The position numbers were made by a program, and so were the translations under genes. Of a DNA stretch of 64,000 bases, positions 45,239-55,877 are shown piece after piece. The stretch lies in the NCBI GenBank assembly GCA_963769025.1, contig CAVYKI010000003.1:288001-352000 (forward strand). The letters are read 5' to 3'. Below the pieces are notes generated by a model. It did no database searches. It was given only the letters and a program-made list of their open reading frames with translations, and was not told the origin of the DNA. The first letter of the stretch is position 1. Each line of letters begins with the position of its first letter. Source of the stretch: an uncultured Verrucomicrobiae bacterium (GTDB lineage Bacteria > Verrucomicrobiota > Verrucomicrobiia > Chthoniobacterales > Chthoniobacteraceae).

Positions 45239-46829
45239 GTTCGTAAATGTCGGCGATTTCCTTGGGGGTGAGTGCGGCGGCGAAGAGCGCGAACTCATCC
45301 ATGCTGCCATTCAGATTGCGCACGGCGAAATGCGCGTCCGTCCGGTAAACGGGCTCGCTCCAATTGCAGATAGACGCCGCCCCGATGCTGACCGTTTCGA
45401 CGAGATATTCCTCCGGGATGGTCTCCTCACTCAGCACTTTGCCGTTGAGAAAATGCGTCACCGTGCGCGCGTCCACATCATAGCTCGTGGCGATCATCAT
45501 CCACTGCCCGCTTAGCGAGGCATTCCAGAAAGGCGGCGAGAAGAAGTGGTGCTTGTCCTTCAGACGTTTCTTCCCATCCCAGCCATCACGCTTTTTCACC
45601 GAGAAAAACAGGCGCCCGTCATCCATGATCTGCCAGTGAGGCTGGTTCAGCTTGGCCCCGTCCGTGAGGAAGAGCGAATTATACCAGCGATCGAGACTGT
45701 TGATCCGCACCCAGGCAAACATCGTGACGGAGCGGTATTCGCCCGGCACATTCACGCGCACACGGCTGCCGGCCGGGCTGAAATCGAGCGCGCCGCCGGC
45801 TGTTTCCCAGCGATCCGCCACTCGCGCCGCCGCGACGATCGCACCTTCGCTCGCGCTGGCCGCGGCGCCGGTCGCGGCATTCAGGAGACGACGATTGCCT
45901 CCGTCCGCGGTCCCCATCCGATAATACGTCACCAGCCGCGGATCGTGACGGAATTTCTCGCTGTACTGTTCCCAAGCTTCGCGTCGTTCCTTGCGGGCCG
46001 CGCCGAGCTTTTCGCGCATGTCACTCATGCCGACAAATCCCGCGGCGTCCGCCACCAGCTTCGTGCCTCTGCCATCCGCACTCCACCGCAGCGCCTCGCC
46101 CTTGGCCATCCGTTGCATCGGTTCCGTACGCGGGTGCCATTCCACTTCGCCATCGAGCACATGCATCTCGGATTGCGTGGGTGAGACATTCAGCGCGAAC
46201 TCCGTGCCGAGATCCACCACTTCGCCCTCCGCTGTATGAATGCGGAAGCCGTGCGCGGGCTCGGGCACGCGGACGCGCACTTTGCCGCGCGCGACCGACA
46301 TTTCCATCGGTGAAAGTATTTCAAACTCCGCCTCACCCTCGACGATGACCGTGACGCCGCTGAACAGCTCGATCTGTGCGACACCCGACGCCAGTTGCAG
46401 CGGTCCCGAGGGCAACAGCGCGCCATCGGCGAGCGCCAGCGTGTGCTTCCAGACCGTGCCGGCCTGCCCGGCGAGCACCGCAAAGCCGCTGGCCTTCGGC
46501 TCCGCCGGAGCAGTCGCGACATTCACGGATTCGCGCCTCTGCAAAATGATGCCGACGACAATCGCCAGCGCGATGAGCACCGCCGCGATCGCAGTGAAAG
46601 CCGGAATCCATGGCCGCGCCGGAACTGGCATCGCGACGATCTTGCTCCCGTTTTCCGCCGCCGCACCCGCCTCGGTTTCCAGTGCCGCGGAAAGCGCGAG
46701 CCGGTCATAATATTCCTTCCGCGCCGCTGGATCGACGGAGAGCTCTGCCTCGAGCCGGAGAAAGTCGGCCTCGGAGATATCGCCTTCAATCAGTTCGTCG
46801 ATGAGCTGGCTGAGTTCCTTGCGATTCAT
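45225..46829 (-). CDS. FecR-type anti-sigma/sensor with a C-terminal LamG/ConA-like lectin domain
   Basis: N-terminal helical domain, one TM helix, FecR motifs (GVAQIELFSG, VVDLGTEF, HVLDGEVE), LamG motifs (TMFAWVRI, GQWMMIATSYD, LNGSMDEFALF). Confidence 0.88.
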   Translation of the reverse strand: MNRKELSQLIDELIEGDISEADFLRLEAELSVDPAARKEYYDRLALSAALETEAGAAAENGSKIVAMPVPARPWIPAFTAIAAVLIALAIVVGIILQRRESVNVATAPAEPKASGFAVLAGQAGTVWKHTLALADGALLPSGPLQLASGVAQIELFSGVTVIVEGEAEFEILSPMEMSVARGKVRVRVPEPAHGFRIHTAEGEVVDLGTEFALNVSPTQSEMHVLDGEVEWHPRTEPMQRMAKGEALRWSADGRGTKLVADAAGFVGMSDMREKLGAARKERREAWEQYSEKFRHDPRLVTYYRMGTADGGNRRLLNAATGAAASASEGAIVAAARVADRWETAGGALDFSPAGSRVRVNVPGEYRSVTMFAWVRINSLDRWYNSLFLTDGAKLNQPHWQIMDDGRLFFSVKKRDGWDGKKRLKDKHHFFSPPFWNASLSGQWMMIATSYDVDARTVTHFLNGKVLSEETIPEEYLVETVSIGAASICNWSEPVYRTDAHFAVRNLNGSMDEFALFAAALTPKEIADIYEHGKP

Positions 46830-47368
46830 GAAATCCCCTCCCCGGTTTTCAGTTGTCTCTGCATGCATTCGAGCAAGGCGTTGCGGAGGCGATGCAGCGT
46901 CACCTTCAGCCCGCCCACACTGCGTCCCGCCTGCGCGGCAAAATCACTCAGCGTCCCACCCTTCGCGTAGCGATGCATCAGGAGCTCGCGATCCTGCGCG
47001 CGCAGTTTTCCCAGGCAGCGCTGCAGCGCCTCATGCTGATTCTCCGCGCCCTCGTCCCGCTCCGCGAATTCCTCCGCGAATGTCTCCTCCAGTTCCTCGC
47101 TGAAAATCAGCCGCGAATCCCGCGCCTGCCGCTTGCGATAGTTGAGCACCTCGTAGCGCGCGACGCTGAAGGCCCACGCCTTGAAATTCGTGCCCAACTC
47201 GAAGTCGTCCCGCTTTTGCCACAGCGTCGCATTCGCCTGCTGCGCCACGTCCTTCGCCGCCGCATCGCCGGGCAGCAATGACTGCACATACAGCCGCAAC
47301 GGCATCTGGATGCCGGTCAGGAGCGTGACGAATGCGCTCTCATTCGGATTGTCGCTGGGAGGTTGCAC
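46826..47368 (-). CDS. ECF sigma-70 factor (Rhodopirellula/Verrucomicrobium type)
   Basis: DVAQQANATLWQK..FELGTNFKAWAFSVARYEV, ALQRCLGKL, LHRLRNALLEC; GTG start inferred. Confidence 0.92.
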   Translation of the reverse strand: MQPPSDNPNESAFVTLLTGIQMPLRLYVQSLLPGDAAAKDVAQQANATLWQKRDDFELGTNFKAWAFSVARYEVLNYRKRQARDSRLIFSEELEETFAEEFAERDEGAENQHEALQRCLGKLRAQDRELLMHRYAKGGTLSDFAAQAGRSVGGLKVTLHRLRNALLECMQRQLKTGEGIS

Positions 47369-47543
47369 GAAAGGAAATGCCGATGGTCGGCGAAAGGTTA
47401 ACAGGATCTTCCGCGCCCACAAACCGGCGGAGGGGCGCATGCGCAGTGCAGTGGCCGGGTGCAACGATGAAAGTCTCGCGCGAGCCGGGGAAAATGGGTG
47501 TGAATGGCGTCCTTTCCTGAACTGACGCCCCCATCACTTTCCC

Positions 47544-50500
47544 ATGAAGCTCTCCCTCCTCCTCGGTTACTTCGCCGCGGTCGCATCTGCCGCCGATTTT
47601 CCAGCGCCTTACAACAGCGAAAAGGGAACCCTGCCATTCACCACCCCGACGGAGGCGCTCGCGGCGCTGAAAATGCCCGAGGGTTTCCACGCGACTCTTT
47701 TTGCAAGCGAGCCCGATGTGCAGAATCCCATCGCGATGGCGTGGGACCGACGCGGGCGCATGTGGGTCGCGGAGAATTACACCTACGCGGAGCGGCCCAC
47801 GCGTTTCGACCTCGCGCTGCGCGATCGCGTGATCATCCTCGAGGACAAGGACGGCGACGGCCACGCAGAGTCGCGCAAGGTGTTCACCGATGATGTGCAG
47901 ATGCTCACGAGCGTCGAGGTCGGCCGCGGCGGCGTGTGGTTGATGTGTCCGCCGCAGTTGCTCTTCATTCCCGATCGCGATGGCGACGATGTGCCGGACG
48001 GCCCGCCGCAGGTGGTGCTCGATGGATTCACGGTCGCCCAGGACAACTACCACAACTACGCCAACGGCCTGCGCTGGGGGCCGGACGGCTGGCTCTACGG
48101 GCGCTGCGGCCATTCATGCCCCGGGCGGCTCGGCGTGCCCGGCACGCCCGACGCGCAGCGCGTGCCGATCAAGGGCGGCGTGTGGCGTTTTCATCCGGAG
48201 CGGAAAGTCGTGGAGGTGCTCACGCACGGGACGACGAATCCGTGGGGCCACGATTGGGACAGACACGGCGAGGGGTTTTTCATCAACACCGTCACCGGCC
48301 ACCTCTGGCATCTCATCCCCGGCGCGCATCTCGTGGACTCGAATCCTTCCCCGAACCCCGGCGTCTACGAGCGGATCGACACGATCGCGGATCACTGGCA
48401 CTTCGACAAGGCGGGCGGACGCAAGGCGCTGAGCGATGCCACGGCGGACTCGCTCGGCGGCGGCCACGCGCACATCGGCATGATGATCTATCAGGCGAGC
48501 CAATGGCCCGCGTCATATCCGGGACAGGCTGTTCACGCTGAACATGCACGGCCGTCGCGCGAACGTGGATCGCCTCGAACGCCACGGCAGCGGCTACGTC
48601 GGACGCCATGAGCCGGATGTTTTCATCTCGGGCGATCCGTGGTTCCGCGGCTTGGAGATCAGCACCGGGCCGGATGGCAGCGGCTACATTCTCGACTGGA
48701 GCGACATCGGCGAATGTCACGAATCCACCGGCGTCCACCGCACCAGCGGGCGCATTTTCAAGATCACCCACGGCGCTCCGCAACGCGTGGGCCTCGACGA
48801 TCTCGCCACTTTCACGACAGAGGGCGCCGAGCGCCTGCTGCGAAATCCGAACGTTTGGTTTGAGCGCCAGTGCCGGGAGCGGATCGCGGATGGCGAAAAG
48901 CCCGCCGGTCTCACGGCGATGCTCACGCGCCTGCTGGACGAGAAAAGCGATCCCGTGGTGCGGCTCCGCGCGCTGTGGAGCCTGAACCTCGCGGGCGGAC
49001 TCACCCGTGAACGGCTGCAGGCGTTGCTGCGCGAAAAGGACGAGCACCTGCGCGTGTGGGCCATCCGCCTGCTCGCGGACCGCTGGCCGATGGACGCCAT
49101 CACCGGACCGATGCCGGGCGCGACTCACGTCACGGATGACGCGCTGCTTCGGGAATTCGAGACACTGGCGGGCAACGATCCCTCGGGCCTCGTGCGGCTG
49201 ACGCTGGCGAGCACGTTGCAAAGACTGCCTGTGCCGCGCCGCGCTGCGATTGCGGCGACGCTCGTCGCTCGGAAAGAGGATGCCGACGATGCGCATCTTC
49301 CCCCGCTGGTGTGGTACGGACTCATTCCGGTCGCCGACGCGAATCCCATGGCGCTGGCCGGAGTCGCGCGTGTCTGCGAGTGGCCTGCGACGCTGAAATG
49401 GATCGCGCGCAATCTCGCATCGCGCATGGAAACGGACGCCGCTCCGCTGAACGCACTGCTGTCGCATGCGCGGCCCGGTCAGGGTGCCGCGATTCTCGCC
49501 GGCATCGGCGAGGCGGTGCGTGGCTGGCGCAAGGCGCCGAAACCGCAGTCGTGGGATCGTTTCGCAGCCGGGCTCGCGTCGCAGAGCCACGACGCAATGC
49601 TGCGGGATCTCAGCGTGGTATTTGGAGACGGACGTGCGCTCGACGCGGTGAAGGCCATCGCGATGGACGGGAAGGCGGACATTTCCGCACGGCAGTCTGC
49701 GCTGAAAGCGCTCATCGAAAGCCGACCGACCGACCTGCGTGCCATCTGCGAGTCGCTCCTCGACGTGCGTGTCCTGAATGGCACTGCCGCGCGCGGCCTT
49801 GCGCTGTTCGACGACCCGCAAATCGGTGCAAAGCTCGCCGACAGCTACCGCAAATTCGCGCCGGCGGACCGCCCAGCCGTGATGGAGATACTCGTCTCGC
49901 GCGCCACGTTCGCGAAGCCGCTGCTCGACCAGATCGCCGCCGCCAAAATCCCGCGAACCGAGCTCACGGCGTTTCATGCACGGCAAATCCGCGCCCTGAA
50001 CGCGCCAGCACTCACGCGGCAGCTCGCCGATGTTTGGGGCGAACTTCGCGATTCACCCGCCGACAAGCAAAAGCTCATCGCCGATCTCAAGGGCACGCTC
50101 ACCACCGTCGCCCTCGCCAAAGCCGACCTCGCCGCAGGCCGTGCGGCGTTTCAAACCCTCTGCGGCGCGTGCCACACGATGTACGGCAACGGCGGCAAAA
50201 TCGGCCCCGATCTCACGGGCTCCGGCCGAGCAAATCTCGATTATCTCCTGGAGAACATTGTCGATCCCAGCGCCGTCGTGAGTGCCGACTACCGCATGAG
50301 CACCGTCACACTCAAGGATGGCCGCGTGCTCCTCGGCATCGTCGCCGCACAGACGGATCGCACGCTCACCCTGCGCCTGCTGACCGAGGAGACCACCTTG
50401 GAAAAGAAGGACATCGCCAGCCAGGAAGCGTCCGCCGTCTCCATGATGCCAGAGGGCCAGTTGCTCGCACTCACACCGGATCAGGTGCGCGATATGGTCG

Positions 50501-50550
50501 CCTATCTCATGCACCCCGCGCAGGTCCCTCTTCCCCCTGCGCAAAAGTGA
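47544..50550 (+). CDS. Second PVC-type dehydrogenase-domain / HEAT / cytochrome c protein; frameshift near 48520
   Basis: PEGFHATLFASEPDVQNPIAMAWD, WGPDGWLY, GTTNPWG, CGACH, GPDLTG, SMMPEG. Confidence 0.9.
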
Positions 50551-50653
50551 TCCCGGCGCGCGGACGCTGGGAAGACTGCGGCCAAACCCTGCGCAAAACG
50601 GATTCCAGACACGCCCCACAGTTGCCGGGCAACGATGTGTCGCTGCTGCCGAC

Positions 50654-53600
50654 TCACTCCCCCTGAAGCGCGAACCAGGCCTTCATCTGGTAGCTACAAT
50701 GGCATTTCGATGAGCCGTCGGGCACGAGCACGAGGCCGGCGGCGGGGATGGCGTTGATCCAGCAGCTCGGGCGGATGCCGCCAAAATTCTCCGTGCCTTC
50801 CGTGCGGGAGAGATCGATGTAGCCGAGCGTGGCGGACCGGAAGAGCATGAGGTTGCGGCTCGCGGAAATCTGGCCGCAGCCGTAGGAGCGCTTGAATTCC
50901 CACGCGAGTGGAGCGCCGGTCGTGAGATCCCACGCTCCGCCTTGCGCGTAGATCTTGTCGTCGTTGATCAGCGGGCGCGTTTCATACTTCACCTGTTGGT
51001 CCCATACTTTTGCCCCGGTGCGGATGTCGAATCCGCCGAGACGCCCGCCGACTTCCGATGGCAGCTCGAAGAAATTATGGCGCACTGCCTTGTAGTTCAT
51101 CAGCAGCGTGTGGTGCTTCGCGCTGACGGCGATCTGTGTGCCCCAGATCTCGGTGTCGTTTTTCCACACGGTCTTGCCGGTCGCGACATCGAGCGCGAGC
51201 AGCGTGCCGCTGGGCACGGCTTCCGGCTTGAGCTTGGGCGCGGATTTTCCGTCCCGCTTGGGATTGGACACATGGTCCGCATCCACGAGCGGGCGGTCGA
51301 TCAGGTAAACGCGCTCAGCGGCGATGGCCACGGAGTTGTGGCGGATCGAACCCTTGGGCTGGTATTCCCATTTCACCGCGCCGGTGTCCGGGTTCATCGC
51401 GAAGAACGAAACCGACTCGGTGCGCAGGTTCGTGAGCTGGTAACGCGGACTCACATTGTGATCCTGGTTTTCCACCGAGCCAAAAAGTACGCCGTTCTCC
51501 CACGCGAGGTATCCCCAGTTGCGATTGTCGGCGTTGGCTGCGACGGGCGTGGCGAATTCTCCGCGCAGCTTCCCGGTGACGAGATCGATCCGCAGGCAGC
51601 GAGGGCCGCTCTTCACGTAGACCGAATCGCCGCCGATGCAGAACGGTCCGCCGGTGTCGCCGATGCCGACGTCGTGGTGGATGCCGTCGTAGTCGCCGAG
51701 CAATTCCTTGAGTTCGAATTCCCAAAGTTTGCGTCCGTTGTAGGCGTCGAGGCAGCACAGCCCGTTGACTCCGCTGACAACCATGAGGCCCTGCGAAACG
51801 AGCGGCGCGGGGCCCTGCCCGTGACGATTGGCCACCTCGAAGTCCACATCGCGGAACCAGAACATCGAGAGCTGGCCCTTGATGACCTCGTCGTCGGAGC
51901 AGAGCGTGTTGGCGGCATTCGAGTTTTGATGGGTCCAATTGCCAGTGCCCGCGGGTGCGCCGGCTTTCTCCACGACGATTCTGCCCGACTGCCTCTGACA
52001 AAGCGCACCCGTGTAAGGGCGGCGCAGGCGTCGCATCTCGGCTTGCATCTTTTCCCCGGTGCCGTCGCTGGGAGCGATAACGAGATTTGCGAATTGTTTT
52101 GGAAACGCCGTCGCATCCAGCGCTGCGATGTGGACGGTGATGCGCGAGCCGTAGAGCCCAGCCGCAGCGACGCGCTGGCGTGCTTCCGCTCCGCGTGCGG
52201 GATCGGATTCCACGGCGAGAATGTGCAGCTCCGACTGGCGCGCGAGCGCGAGCGCGAGGTCGCCATCTCCCGCGCCGAACTGCACCGCGTAGCCAGCGCT
52301 CACTCCGCTCGCCGCGAGAATCGCCGCGGCTTCAGCTTCTGCGGCGCCATTGGCGGGCGCAGCGGATGCGGCAGGTGCAGCGACGATCGGATGCGGACTC
52401 GGGTTGCCGTCGAAAAGATAAACCACGCCGCGATCCGTGGTGGCCACGACGCGGCCATTGCCCGCGGCAATGCCGAGCACGCGTCCGTCCACGGCGTGCT
52501 TCCACCACTGCGTGCGTTGGCCGCCGTAATCGATCGCGCAGATTTGCCCGTCGCCGCCGACTACGGCTTCGCTCCCGGCGATGATGAACTCGGTGATTTC
52601 GCGATCCACCGGTGCGATCTTGTCCTGCTCCAGCGTGCGCACTTTCTGCGGCTGGCCTTTGCGATCGATCTTCTCGATGTCGCGCCAGCGGTAGCTCGCC
52701 AGCGAGCGGCCTTCCGCGCGCACGAGTCCGCCCGGCACTGCCACGGTGGAGCCCATGCCGAGTTGCGATGCCTGCTCGCCTGTGGCGACATCGAAGAGAA
52801 CGCCGGAGTTCAGGAAAAACGCGTCGGTCACCACCACGCGCGTGCCGCCGCGCTGCTGGTTCTTTTGCAGATTGTAGTAGCGCAATTTTCCATCGGCACG
52901 GTCGAACACAGCGGGCACCGCACGTCCGGTGGGCACGATGAGCGCGTCGTTCGTTGCGAGCAGGTAACCCTGCGGCGAGACGCCGCTGAGCGCTTCCGCG
53001 CCGCCGTGCGGCTGCTTCATCAGCATGCGCCCGGTCTCGCTGTTGGACCAAAGCGGCCGTCCAGTCGCCGCATCAAGCGCGTGGACGAAAACCCCGTCGC
53101 TCGGCCAGATGCCGCCGGCGAAATACACCGCATCTTCCCGGACCACCGGGCCTCCGCGCGCGGGCCAGTGCGAGATCATCCGCTCATTGCCGAGGACGCG
53201 GCCCGGCCCCGGCCCTGCGCGGTGTTTCCAAAGTACCGCGCCATCGGTGAGCGCTAGCGCGTAGATCCAGCCGTCGTCGCTGGCGACGAAGACGCGATCC
53301 TTCCACGCAGCGGGCGCAAAGCGGATCGGCCCTTCGCTGAAAAAGCGCCAGCGGATCGCGCCCGTCATCGCGTCGAGCGCATAGACCTGATCGTCCGCGG
53401 AACTTCCAAACAGCACGAGGTCGCCGACGATCATGGGTTGGAACACGAGGTCGAAATCGATGCGCTCCGAGGTGGGCCATGCGGGCTTCGGTCCCTGCCC
53501 GGTGTGAAATTTCCACCGCAGGCGCAGCTGATTCGGAATCGTCTCCGACGTGTAGCCGCTGCGCGAAGCATCGCCGCGATAGGTGGGCCAGTCCGCTGCG

Positions 53601-53668
53601 GGCGCGGAGTCCGGGCTCATCGTGAGCAGCAAGGCTGCGACGAAAGGGAGGGAGCGAAAGGTCTTCAT
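50654..53668 (-). CDS. Secreted PQQ-like beta-propeller protein with an internal SAM-methyltransferase-like domain and a C-terminal Cys motif (paralogue A)
   Basis: DWPTYRGDASRSG, ALDAxTG.W repeats, GYAVQFGAGDGDL, WTHQ..N, YGC...RPSCW...CHCSY. Confidence 0.85.
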   Translation of the reverse strand: MKTFRSLPFVAALLLTMSPDSAPAADWPTYRGDASRSGYTSETIPNQLRLRWKFHTGQGPKPAWPTSERIDFDLVFQPMIVGDLVLFGSSADDQVYALDAMTGAIRWRFFSEGPIRFAPAAWKDRVFVASDDGWIYALALTDGAVLWKHRAGPGPGRVLGNERMISHWPARGGPVVREDAVYFAGGIWPSDGVFVHALDAATGRPLWSNSETGRMLMKQPHGGAEALSGVSPQGYLLATNDALIVPTGRAVPAVFDRADGKLRYYNLQKNQQRGGTRVVVTDAFFLNSGVLFDVATGEQASQLGMGSTVAVPGGLVRAEGRSLASYRWRDIEKIDRKGQPQKVRTLEQDKIAPVDREITEFIIAGSEAVVGGDGQICAIDYGGQRTQWWKHAVDGRVLGIAAGNGRVVATTDRGVVYLFDGNPSPHPIVAAPAASAAPANGAAEAEAAAILAASGVSAGYAVQFGAGDGDLALALARQSELHILAVESDPARGAEARQRVAAAGLYGSRITVHIAALDATAFPKQFANLVIAPSDGTGEKMQAEMRRLRRPYTGALCQRQSGRIVVEKAGAPAGTGNWTHQNSNAANTLCSDDEVIKGQLSMFWFRDVDFEVANRHGQGPAPLVSQGLMVVSGVNGLCCLDAYNGRKLWEFELKELLGDYDGIHHDVGIGDTGGPFCIGGDSVYVKSGPRCLRIDLVTGKLRGEFATPVAANADNRNWGYLAWENGVLFGSVENQDHNVSPRYQLTNLRTESVSFFAMNPDTGAVKWEYQPKGSIRHNSVAIAAERVYLIDRPLVDADHVSNPKRDGKSAPKLKPEAVPSGTLLALDVATGKTVWKNDTEIWGTQIAVSAKHHTLLMNYKAVRHNFFELPSEVGGRLGGFDIRTGAKVWDQQVKYETRPLINDDKIYAQGGAWDLTTGAPLAWEFKRSYGCGQISASRNLMLFRSATLGYIDLSRTEGTENFGGIRPSCWINAIPAAGLVLVPDGSSKCHCSYQMKAWFALQGE

Positions 53669-53727
53669 AGATTTGCTGGTTAGGGCCGCGGATCGATCGA
53701 GCGGAATCGTGGTCTGAATCGCAACGT

Positions 53728-55828
53728 TCACTTCATTCCATCCGAAGCACCCCACGGATCGATGCTCCGCAATTTCTTCGATTCCAGCTCCGCGTAGCAG
53801 TCGGGCAGGTCGAAGCGCTCCAGCACATGCGGCAGCATGACGGCATAGGGCCACTTGTGGTCTTCGTTTTCGATCAAGCCGCCGAATGAGGTCAGCGCAT
53901 TCTTGAGCGTCACCTGGTTCACCCGTTCGCTGAGCAGGGCCGCGAAAGCAGCGGGCAGCGCACCCCAGCCAACGCCCGCGAGATGCACCTCGCGATGTCC
54001 CGCGGCGAGAAGGAGCTGGATGACGCGCAGCACGTCGAACGTGCGCTGGCCGAGCAACGGGCGGTCGAGCATCAGGCCGTGTGCGGCGTAGAAGTAGTGG
54101 TTGCCGTAGGGCTTCAGGAATTGATCCGCGCCGCAGGTATTCGGCTGCGAGTCGCCGATGCCGCGCACGTCGCAGGCGTAAAAGGCGGCCTCGGGTGAGG
54201 CGGCGATCAGCTCCTTGACGAGCGGCTCGTCGCGCAGTTCGGCGTCGGCGGAGCGGTGCGAGATGTAGAGCACGGCCTGCTTCGCGTCACCGGGAAGGCG
54301 CGACGTGAGCGCGTCGTCGTGCAGCCGGGTGAGCAGCGCGTGAATGCGCGGCTCGGTCTCCACGGCGTAGGCGCAGTAGGCCTTGGCGGGATATTTTCGC
54401 GCGCCGACGCTGCGGAGGATGCGGTAATCCGGCGGCGTCGCGCCGATGGCCGGCATTATCAGCAAATCGCGCGCGGCCTGCTTCAGCGCATCGCCGCGCA
54501 GGGCGGTGCGCTTCCTCGCAAGCGCCTCTGCCGTCTCGCGCGTGAAGGACATGAGCGTGCGCGATTTCAAATCCGCGACCTGCCCGCCCGGAGCGCACCA
54601 GAGGACTTCGTCTTTCTCGACCGTCAGCGCCGGGCTCGCGTCTTTGCATCCGAGACGCCGGTGACCTTGTTGAAGAAGCGGTACATCGCCTCACGATTCG
54701 CCTGCGTGTAGCCGTGCGGATCGGGGCCGATGTGGAGTTGGATGTTCTCCGGCTTGCCGAGCAGCGTGTAGAGCGGCTTCAGCCGTTCGTAGGTCTCCGC
54801 CGAGCCGCGCGCGTCGAAGAAATCCTTTTCCTGCGCGAGGATGATCACGGGCTTCGGCGCCATCGCGGCGAGGAAATCCGAGTGATCCAATCCGAGCGCG
54901 AGCACGCGGGGCGGGCACTGCTCGGTGTCGGCGGGCAGTTCGTTCTCGGCGTTGCGGCGGAAGGTCGTCACGAAACACGCGGGCGCGGCCATCGTGAAGC
55001 GCGGCTCCATTCCGCAAAGCCATGTGGTCTGCGTGCCGCCGCCGGAGTTGCCCGTCACGCCGACGTGCTGCGGATCGACCTCCGGGCGCGTGAGCAGGTA
55101 GTCGAGCGCGCGGATCGCGTCCCACGCAAACCACGTGCCGAGGAACTCACCGACCAGCGCCTGGTTGTTGCCCATCTGGATGTGCTCCGCGACTCCGCCG
55201 CCGAGGCGCGACTTGTGCCCGTCGGTGAGGAACTGGAAGCGTTCGCCCTGCCCGACCGGATCGATGATGAAACACACGTAGCCCAGCCGCGCGAGGTTCT
55301 GCGCGAAGCCTGATACGCCTCCGCCGCCTTGCCATTCAGCGAATGTCCGCACACGCCGATCACGCCGGGCATCGGCTGCTTCCTTCCGGCGGGCACGTAG
55401 AGATTTCCCGTGACCAGGTAGTTCGGCCGGCTCTCGAAGATGACGTTCTCGATCCGATACCCTTCGCGCTCCACCGTGCGCGTCACCTTCGCATTGAGCG
55501 GCGTCTTTTCCGGCAGCGGACCGAATGCCTGACGGATGCGCTCCTGCGCGGACTTCACGTAGGCCTCCGCGTCCGCCTTCGTCTTCACCGCGTTGCGCAA
55601 CGCATCGCCACGCGCCTCGGCCGCGCGCACCTGATCGATCAGCCAGTCCTGCATCATGCGCGGGAAACGATTGAGCGGCGGCAGAACGGCAGCACCGGTG
55701 ACGGGGTTCGTTTGAGCCGCCGCGGTGCCGGTCCCCGAAAGCATCGCACTCGCGAATGGCCACGCCATGAGGCCAAGGCCGGCTGTCTGGAGAAAATGAC
55801 GACGGCAGGAATGAAGGCCTGAGTTCAT
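53728..55828 (-). CDS. Tat-exported two-module alpha/beta hydrolase (acetylxylan esterase-like); frameshifts near 55310 and 54640
   Basis: CRRHFLQ signal, FESRPNYLVTGNLYVP, VCGH, RALDYLLTRPEVDPQHVGVTGNSGGG. Confidence 0.85.
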
Positions 55829-55877
55829 GAGGAGGGAAATGATTCGTACGTGTGCGGGGAAGGGATGATTCCTTTGA

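Noticed and set aside
47369..47410. Shared ECF promoter (AAC...GCATT) upstream of the sigma gene and of 58833
   Set aside because: Spacers differ (16 versus 19 nt) and the match is too short to support
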